Shown here: piece by piece, positions 57,819-64,000 of the stretch
Layout of the letters: every line of letters starts with the position of its first letter
Position numbering within the stretch: the stretch's first letter is position 1
Assembly (NCBI GenBank): GCA_003650305.1
Contig: QMOV01000004.1
Location: forward strand, 1,194 to 65,193
Direction: 5' to 3'
DNA length: 64,000 nucleotides
DNA from: Bacteroidota bacterium
Lineage (GTDB): Bacteria; Bacteroidota; Bacteroidia; Flavobacteriales; Flavobacteriaceae
Position numbers and translations under genes: made by a program
Notes under the pieces: generated by a model
The model's database searches: none
What the model was told of the DNA's origin: nothing
What the model saw: the letters and a program-made list of their open reading frames with translations, nothing else

Positions 57819-58394
57819 TCATTCAAGATTGATTAAATCTCTATGACCTTTTGATTTATTCCACTGTTCGGCTACATAAATTAATTCGGTTTCAATTTCT
57901 GTAATAAATTCATATTCCACTGGAATTAGAATGAACCATATTTTTTCCGCACCAATTTCTCCAAAAGTTTTTGCCCCAAGGGCACGTGAATTACTCGGCA
58001 TATCAAACTCCTTTCTTAATTCAGAAAAAGTTTTTTTATCTTCTCCATTCTTTAGTTGAAAAGAGTATTTTTCTCCAACTCTGCATTGACATTTTTCTCC
58101 AAAAGCATATCTGCTAAATCTTTTAGCAAAAGTTAATTTTTCTGCTTTTCCAACATAAAGCGGTGTTTTGTCATAGCCCCAAATGTAGATTCCACTTCTG
58201 TGAAATTCATTTATTTCCTTACGTGCTTTGGGAGCATCTTTCCAGTTGATTCTTTGTGTTTTGTAAATTCCAGTTTCCCAAATATTTTTTGAAAAACTGT
58301 CTTCAAGTAACAAATCATACGCTTTATTTAAATGATTTGGATTCTGTTCAAAAATTGATTTCATTAATTGAATTTTGTTTTTAGGGAATGACAC
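57819..58394 (-). CDS. stand-alone GIY-YIG nuclease-like protein
   Basis: 191 aa. SGIYIWGYDKTPLYVGKAEKLTFAKRFSRYAF matches the UvrC-type GIY-X10-YVGKA-X-L-X3-R-X2-S-Y pattern, and a later TEIETELIYVAEQWN supplies the conserved Glu and Asn. Confidence 0.5.
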   Translation of the reverse strand: MSFPKNKIQLMKSIFEQNPNHLNKAYDLLLEDSFSKNIWETGIYKTQRINWKDAPKARKEINEFHRSGIYIWGYDKTPLYVGKAEKLTFAKRFSRYAFGEKCQCRVGEKYSFQLKNGEDKKTFSELRKEFDMPSNSRALGAKTFGEIGAEKIWFILIPVEYEFITEIETELIYVAEQWNKSKGHRDLINLE

Positions 58395-58415
58395 CTAAAA
58401 GGTTTATAACCCAAA

Positions 58416-59306
58416 CTATTCTATTCTTTCTCCAGCCAAAATTTTAAAAGGTAGATTGTTTTGTCTTGGTGGATAAAGACAAGTTGTGAATTTAGAAAAT
58501 GCACAAGGTGGATTATACAAATAGTTAAAATCTAACCTTACATTTCCATCAGTTTCAGGAAGGTCAAGATAAATATATCTACCACCTCCATAGGTTTCAT
58601 CTCCTGTAGTTTCATCGCTAATCATTGTAAATCCATTTTCTCCAACATCTAGACTGTAGGATTGATCTAGAAATGTAAAAGTTACTTTCCCAATAAAGTT
58701 TGTGCTTGTTTTAACACCTAACTGCGAATTTACAGATTCGGTTTTTGCTTTGTCGTAATAAGTAAATTGTCCTTCAAAAATAAAATTGGGATTCAACTTA
58801 TAAAGTTCGAAACCTTTAAACGCATCTATAGCAGGATTTTTTGTATCCCAAACTCTAAGATAACGCTGTTTGGAGCGTGTAATAACTTGCCAGTTTAATG
58901 GGTTATGATATAATTTAATCGAACTACCATATTTATTTAGTTGTAATGGAAGAGTAGTCACAATTGAATCCTGTTTGGTTTTAATTATAATGTCATTAAA
59001 AGCATTAAATACCAAAGATTCTTTTAAAACTGAAATTGTTCCGACTTGAGAAGGCAAGGCTTCTATTTCAAGCACAAAATCATTTAATGTATCTTTTCCA
59101 AAAGTGTTTTCTAAAGAATCTAATTTAAATAAACCTGTAAGCTGTAGATAATTAATTCTATTTTGTGCTCTTTTGATTTTATTTTCTTCAAATTTGGCAA
59201 TGTAGGTATCATCAATATTGAATTGCGTTTTTTTGCTCTCGCAGGATACTATTAACACTAATAAAAATAATAGGAGATATGTTTTCATAAGAATATTAGT
59301 TTTCAA
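58416..59306 (-). CDS. DUF1684 domain-containing lipoprotein
   Basis: 296 aa with a lipoprotein signal (LIVSCES) and the C-terminal NYLYNPPCAFSKFTTCLYPPRQNNLPFKILAGE motif of DUF1684. Confidence 0.7.
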   Translation of the reverse strand: MKTNILMKTYLLLFLLVLIVSCESKKTQFNIDDTYIAKFEENKIKRAQNRINYLQLTGLFKLDSLENTFGKDTLNDFVLEIEALPSQVGTISVLKESLVFNAFNDIIIKTKQDSIVTTLPLQLNKYGSSIKLYHNPLNWQVITRSKQRYLRVWDTKNPAIDAFKGFELYKLNPNFIFEGQFTYYDKAKTESVNSQLGVKTSTNFIGKVTFTFLDQSYSLDVGENGFTMISDETTGDETYGGGRYIYLDLPETDGNVRLDFNYLYNPPCAFSKFTTCLYPPRQNNLPFKILAGERIE

Positions 59307-59377
59307 TTTTTTTGTTATTGATAAATTTATGAGCTATATTTTAAATTAATATTATTAATAAATTTTAGTTGTATTAT

Positions 59378-61183
59378 CTATTCCTTACGTTTGGCTTTAA
59401 AAGAACCATTTGGTTGTATCATTAAAACTTCATTAATTGCTCCTTTATCATCTTCAAAAAATTCTAGCTTAAAACCATCTAAAATTTTTAATGCAAATTT
59501 GTGTTTTGCAGTTGATAATAATTGATATTCAGGTTGACCTGCTACAAACAGATATAGTGTGTCATCATTTTTAATATAAAATTTTATAACTGTTCCAGCT
59601 AGTTCATATTCGCCAATATATTTTTCTAAAATTGTCTTGTCAACTTCTATAGTATTAGGTTTACGCTTAAATTCAATTGGATCTGTTAATGCGGGTTCAA
59701 TTTTTGCTTTTAATCCCGAAATTTCTCCTGCATTATTTGTAGTGAAATTGAATCGTAATTGACCAGAATCAGTTGTGTCTATTCCAGTTTCTTCTACTTC
59801 AAAAGGTTCAAAAATATCATAATGATAATGTTTTAGCCACATTTTCATCAGTTTAAAATTCGCAAATAATGAATCATTCTCTACATTAATTTCAAACGAA
59901 CCATAACCTAGATGTGAATAGGTTCCTGCATATTCAATTTTAACGTGAGATGGTTTTGTGTTTTTAATTTTCTCTGTAGTCTTTACATCTTCAGCTTCTT
60001 TTTCAGCTTTTTTTACCTTTTCTCTTGCGTCTATAAATCGTTGTGTCCAATTTGTTTTATTAACATTCAACAATCTGTCGGCTATAGTATTTCTAACCAA
60101 TCCCGGAACTCTAGAACCATTTTGATTGGCCAACACAACTACACCAATACTATCACTAGGAAAAAATGCAACACTTGCAGAAAAACCATCAATATTTCCA
60201 CCATGCTCAACGCGATAATGACCTTTATAGGAGATCAACATCCAACCATAACCATAATTTGCAAAATGTGCATCCGGAATATCCTTGTCTGGAAGTGCAG
60301 CTCCAATAATCATTTGTGAGCTCATTGCTTCGGTGACGTAAGCTTCTGGTAAAATTTCTTTTTCTTTAAACTTACCTTTGTTAATCCATGTTATTAACCA
60401 ATTAGACATTTCGCTAACACTACTATTAATACTACCGGCTGGACGCATTCCGGCAATTTTATAATACGCCATTTTCGTATTTGAGTTATCCTTTTCAGTT
60501 TGATATCCAATCGCTGCATTAGAACTATTTTCTAGTTCTTCAATAGTAACATTAGATCGAGTCATACCTAAAGGATTAAAAAATCGCTCTCTAATATTAT
60601 CTTCCCAAGTTTTACCAGTAATTCGTTCAGCAATAACGCCTTGTGTTAAAAACATAAAGTTATTATAATACCATTGTTGTCTAATACCTGTAAATGGTTC
60701 ATGGTACTTAATTCGCATTAACAAACTGTCCTTATTAAAAGTTGGGAATAGATACCAAGAATAATCATGTCTAGGCAGTCCTGTTCTATGACTCATTAAA
60801 TCTTTTATAATAATATTGCTATTCATATCGTCATTATAGAATTCAAGTTCAGGAATATGTTTTATTGGACTATCATCAAACGATAATTTATCTTCATGTC
60901 GTAATTGTCCAAGAATAGAAGAAGTAAACGCTTTAGTACTAGAACCAATAGCAAATAATGTATTTGCATTATTAGTAACTTTATTTTCAATATCGCTATA
61001 ACCAAATCCTTTGGCATAAATTATTTTATCTTTTTCAACTACTGCAACTGCAAAACCTGCTGCATGTGTCTCTTCAAGAATTTTATTTAGTTCTTTTTCA
61101 ATTCCTTTTAGTCGTTTATCGGTTTGCGCTAATGATGAGATTGTAAAAAGAAATGCAAAAATGGTTGACAATAATATTTTCAT
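59378..61183 (-). CDS. beta-lactamase-family serine hydrolase with a C-terminal extra domain
   Basis: 601 aa with a signal peptide, SxxK (GSSTKAF), a YSN-like region and a roughly 200-aa C-terminal beta-rich extension. Confidence 0.8.
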   Translation of the reverse strand: MKILLSTIFAFLFTISSLAQTDKRLKGIEKELNKILEETHAAGFAVAVVEKDKIIYAKGFGYSDIENKVTNNANTLFAIGSSTKAFTSSILGQLRHEDKLSFDDSPIKHIPELEFYNDDMNSNIIIKDLMSHRTGLPRHDYSWYLFPTFNKDSLLMRIKYHEPFTGIRQQWYYNNFMFLTQGVIAERITGKTWEDNIRERFFNPLGMTRSNVTIEELENSSNAAIGYQTEKDNSNTKMAYYKIAGMRPAGSINSSVSEMSNWLITWINKGKFKEKEILPEAYVTEAMSSQMIIGAALPDKDIPDAHFANYGYGWMLISYKGHYRVEHGGNIDGFSASVAFFPSDSIGVVVLANQNGSRVPGLVRNTIADRLLNVNKTNWTQRFIDAREKVKKAEKEAEDVKTTEKIKNTKPSHVKIEYAGTYSHLGYGSFEINVENDSLFANFKLMKMWLKHYHYDIFEPFEVEETGIDTTDSGQLRFNFTTNNAGEISGLKAKIEPALTDPIEFKRKPNTIEVDKTILEKYIGEYELAGTVIKFYIKNDDTLYLFVAGQPEYQLLSTAKHKFALKILDGFKLEFFEDDKGAINEVLMIQPNGSFKAKRKE

Positions 61184-61369
61184 AATGACTGGTATATAAA
61201 GTAATTAATATTTGATTAATAAAAACGTTTACTAAATTACTATTTTTAGTTCTATTCTTCAATTAATTAAACACTTCATCCATATAAAATTACAATTCGG
61301 TCATTCAATTTTTAAATGTAGTATTAAACTATAGACATTTGTTTCATAAATTTAAAAAAACGAACAATT

Positions 61370-61990
61370 ATGCAAAAATTAATCATCATTTTAGTACTAT
61401 TCGTAACAGGAGTTATGACCTCACAAACGAATTATGAAAAAAGTATGCAAAAAGCCTTCGAACTTTGGAGAGGCAATCCAGTAGAAGCTTCAAATTTATT
61501 TGAACGCATTGCTAAAGCAGAACCAGATAACTGGTTGCCAAGTTATTATGCAGCACAAATAAATATTGTGAGTAGTTTTGGAGAGAAAGACAAAGAAAAA
61601 CTTACCGCTCGACTTGGTAAAGCTCAAGATTTACTTAATATATCTAAATCAATTTCTAAAGACAATCCTGAGATTTTAGTTATGGAAGCCTTATTAAATA
61701 CAGCTTGGGTAGCTTATGATGGTGCAACTTATGGCATGACTTTATCACCAAAAGTATCAGCACTTTATGCACAGGCTGAACAAATTGCTCCAGACAATCC
61801 GAGAGTAGTTTTAAACAAGGCAGAATGGGCAATGGGAAGCGCTCGCTTTTTTGGACAAGACACGGCACCATTTTGCAAAGATGTTGATAGAGCTATAGAA
61901 CTTTTTGTTAACTTTAAACCAGAAACTGCTTTTCATCCTAAATGGGGAAAAAACAGAGCAGAGCAAATTTTAGAATCTTGTAATAAATAA
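61370..61990 (+). CDS. hypothetical secreted all-helical protein
   Basis: 206 aa with a signal peptide and TPR-like helical composition. It lies 2 nt upstream of the histidine kinase gene. Confidence 0.5.
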   Translation: MQKLIIILVLFVTGVMTSQTNYEKSMQKAFELWRGNPVEASNLFERIAKAEPDNWLPSYYAAQINIVSSFGEKDKEKLTARLGKAQDLLNISKSISKDNPEILVMEALLNTAWVAYDGATYGMTLSPKVSALYAQAEQIAPDNPRVVLNKAEWAMGSARFFGQDTAPFCKDVDRAIELFVNFKPETAFHPKWGKNRAEQILESCNK

Positions 61991-61992
61991 AT

Positions 61993-63339
61993 ATGAAAGA
62001 GTTTACAAAAATTATTGGAATAAGTATCATAATTGCAGTCATTTTATTTGTCATAGATATGATATTTCAATTCTCTTCAGGTAGAGAAGTTGTATTCGAT
62101 TTTGATCTTGTAATAAAATTTGGGTACTATATTATGTATTCCTTACCATTAACTTTTGTAAACTTTTATTTTTTCGATTTTCTACATCATAAAGCAAAAC
62201 ATGAACGCATTGTAAATAATAAAATATTAATTGGTTTTACAGGTTCTATTATAATTACTTTAATTACAATATTTTTTGTTCGGTTATTTCACAGAACTGT
62301 GTTAGATGGCTTGACCATTGATGAGTTTTTAGAATCTGAAAAATTACAATTTTATTTTATTAGCTTATTAATAACCTTTACCATTTCATTATTTTTTCAT
62401 GCCTTTTATTTTTATCAGGAACTGCAAAAAAACAAGGTTAAAGAACAAAAAATAATTGCAGGTACAGCAAGCGCTAAGTTTGACGCTTTGAAAAATCAAT
62501 TAGATCCACATTTTTTGTTTAATAGCTTAAATGTGTTAACAAGTTTAATTGATGAGCATCCAGAAAATGCACAAAAGTTTACTACAGCCTTATCTAAAGT
62601 ATATCGTTATGTGCTAGAGCAGAAAAATAAAGAGCTTGTTACAGTTGACGAAGAGTTGGAATTTGCAAAAACTTATATGTCTTTACTAAAAATGCGTTTT
62701 GAAGATAGTATTATTTTCGATATTCCAGAAAAGTCTTCAAATCCTGAAAGTAAAGTTGTGCCTTTATCGTTACAGTTATTGTTAGAAAATGCTGTAAAGC
62801 ATAATATTGTTACTGCAAACAAACCATTACATATAAAAATTTATGAAGCTAATGGAACTCTAATAGTTGAAAATAATTTACAACCTAAACAAATCGTAAA
62901 AAAGGGTAGTGGAGTAGGTTTAAGTAATATCATGCAACGTTACTACCTACTAACCAATAAAAAAGTAAACATTAATCAAAAAGCAAGCAGTTTTGCAGTT
63001 GCAATACCAATGCTTACTAAACAAATAAAAATCATGAGAACACAAACAACATCAAGAATAGACGACAGTTATGTAAGAGCACGTAAACACGTAGAAGAAT
63101 TAAAAGAATTTTATTATGGTATAATATCATACTGTGTAGTTATTCCATTCTTAATTTTTATCAATTATTGGACATCATGGCACTACCAATGGTTTTGGTG
63201 GCCAATGTTTGGTTGGGGAATAGGAATAGCATTTCATGCGTACAAAGTATATGTAAACGATGGTGTTTTAGGTAGAAACTGGGAGCAGCGTAAAATAGAT
63301 GAATTTATACAAGAAGAAGAAAAACAGAATTGGAAATAA
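61993..63339 (+). CDS. LytS/YehU-type sensor histidine kinase with a C-terminal 2TM module
   Basis: 448 aa with N-terminal TM helices, the His_kinase motif LKNQLDPHFLFNSLNVLTSLI, N-box LLLENAVKHN and G-box GSGVGLSN. A C-terminal segment (DDSYVRARKHVEELKEFYYG ... WGIGIAFHAYKV ... GRNWEQRKIDEF) is paralogous to the next two ORFs. Confidence 0.8.
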   Translation: MKEFTKIIGISIIIAVILFVIDMIFQFSSGREVVFDFDLVIKFGYYIMYSLPLTFVNFYFFDFLHHKAKHERIVNNKILIGFTGSIIITLITIFFVRLFHRTVLDGLTIDEFLESEKLQFYFISLLITFTISLFFHAFYFYQELQKNKVKEQKIIAGTASAKFDALKNQLDPHFLFNSLNVLTSLIDEHPENAQKFTTALSKVYRYVLEQKNKELVTVDEELEFAKTYMSLLKMRFEDSIIFDIPEKSSNPESKVVPLSLQLLLENAVKHNIVTANKPLHIKIYEANGTLIVENNLQPKQIVKKGSGVGLSNIMQRYYLLTNKKVNINQKASSFAVAIPMLTKQIKIMRTQTTSRIDDSYVRARKHVEELKEFYYGIISYCVVIPFLIFINYWTSWHYQWFWWPMFGWGIGIAFHAYKVYVNDGVLGRNWEQRKIDEFIQEEEKQNWK

Positions 63340-63348
63340 ATTAAACAG

Positions 63349-63684
63349 ATGAAAAATTATAACCAAGATGATGCTTATTTAAGAGCAAAACATAAGATGA
63401 ATAAATTAAAAGGTTTTTATAAGCATTTAGCTGCTTATATAATTATAAACTCATTAATTTTTGGTATGAAAATTATAAGGAATTTAACTCATGGCGAAAC
63501 CTTTTCTGAAGCATTTTTCGATATAGATTTTTATGGACTATGGTTGTTTTGGGGAATAGGTTTGGCATTTCATGCATTTTGTGTATTTGGTGCAAACCAT
63601 ATGTTTGGTAAAGACTGGGAAGAAAATAAAATTAAGAAGTTTATGGAAGATGATGAACGCAATGTTAACTCTAACAGAAAATAA
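63349..63684 (+). CDS. 2TM domain-containing protein
   Basis: 111 aa: DDAYLRAKHKMNKLKGFYKHL ... WGIGLAFHAFCVF ... GKDWEENKIKKF. It is a paralog of the kinase C-terminus. Confidence 0.7.
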   Translation: MKNYNQDDAYLRAKHKMNKLKGFYKHLAAYIIINSLIFGMKIIRNLTHGETFSEAFFDIDFYGLWLFWGIGLAFHAFCVFGANHMFGKDWEENKIKKFMEDDERNVNSNRK

Positions 63685-63685
63685 G

Positions 63686-64000
63686 ATGGAAAAATATAAA
63701 AATATTGATGAGAATTATAGTAATGCTCAAGCCAATTTCAATAAAGAAGAAGCGTATTTAAGAGCCAAAAAGAAGTTGGATAAAATAAAAGGTTTTTATT
63801 GGCATTTAGCTTCTTATATTGTAGTGAATATATTTTTGATAGTTATGATTACTATCAATTTAGATTATGATGAAAGTATATGGCAATTTGGTGCTTTTGC
63901 TACACCTCTTTTTTGGGGAATAGGACTTGCCTTTCATGCTATGGGAGTTTTTGGTCCAGATTTATTATTTGGTAAGGGTTGGGAAGAACGAAAGATTGAT
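63686..64000 (+). CDS. 2TM domain-containing protein (runs off the right edge)
   Basis: The ATG at 63686 is 1 nt after the previous stop. It reads MEKYKNIDENYSNAQANFNKEEAYLRAKKKLDKIKGFYWHLASY ... FWGIGLAFHAMGVFGPDLLFGKGWEERKID and is open to the window end. It is not in the ORF track. Confidence 0.65.
   Translation, partial: MEKYKNIDENYSNAQANFNKEEAYLRAKKKLDKIKGFYWHLASYIVVNIFLIVMITINLDYDESIWQFGAFATPLFWGIGLAFHAMGVFGPDLLFGKGWEERKID

Overview
AT-rich chromosomal segment with the gene content of a Bacteroidota (Flavobacteriia-type) genome. Pointers to that taxon are the DUF4295 ORF after rpmB-rpmG, TAnnTTTG promoter boxes, CarboxypepD_reg/TonB-type outer-membrane proteins, bshA, and a LytS-type kinase with 2TM proteins. 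I count about 62 protein-coding genes at high density, almost all recognisable housekeeping or envelope functions. They include tsaD, a TamB-like protein, pfkA-gap, pyrE, birA, rsfS-ftsH, cdsA-psd, rimO, ftsY, rpmB-rpmG, cinA, recR, fabH, htpG, guaC, ridA, an LptD-like protein, an amidase, MlaD, Fe-S oxidoreductase parts, a GH3/beta-lactamase fusion and bshA. I saw no rRNA, tRNA, CRISPR array, transposase, integrase or phage gene, so this reads as core genome rather than an accessory island. I cannot point to a clear-cut new multi-gene system. The non-coding signal sits in three gaps (20579-21031, 32502-33013, 34019-34337). These carry a family of GGAAT/ATTCC-based hairpin repeats, an invariant 18-bp palindrome in three copies with compensatory outer stems, two GC-rich structured blocks, and two paralogous motif-plus-terminator modules. 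The best protein-level candidates for something undescribed are listed here. (1) The right-edge cluster 61370-64000: a secreted helical protein, a LytS-type histidine kinase with a C-terminal 2TM module, and tandem stand-alone 2TM paralogs, truncated by the window edge. (2) The small islet after the htpG terminator: a 353-aa protein with protein-kinase-like catalytic motifs plus a frame-disrupted small gene. (3) A stand-alone UvrC-like GIY-YIG protein at 57819-58394. (4) An ECF sigma module with two divergent TGTAACC-type promoters. Product calls rest on motifs I can read in the translations. No database search was run, and hand-derived coordinates of short non-coding features may be off by 1 nt.
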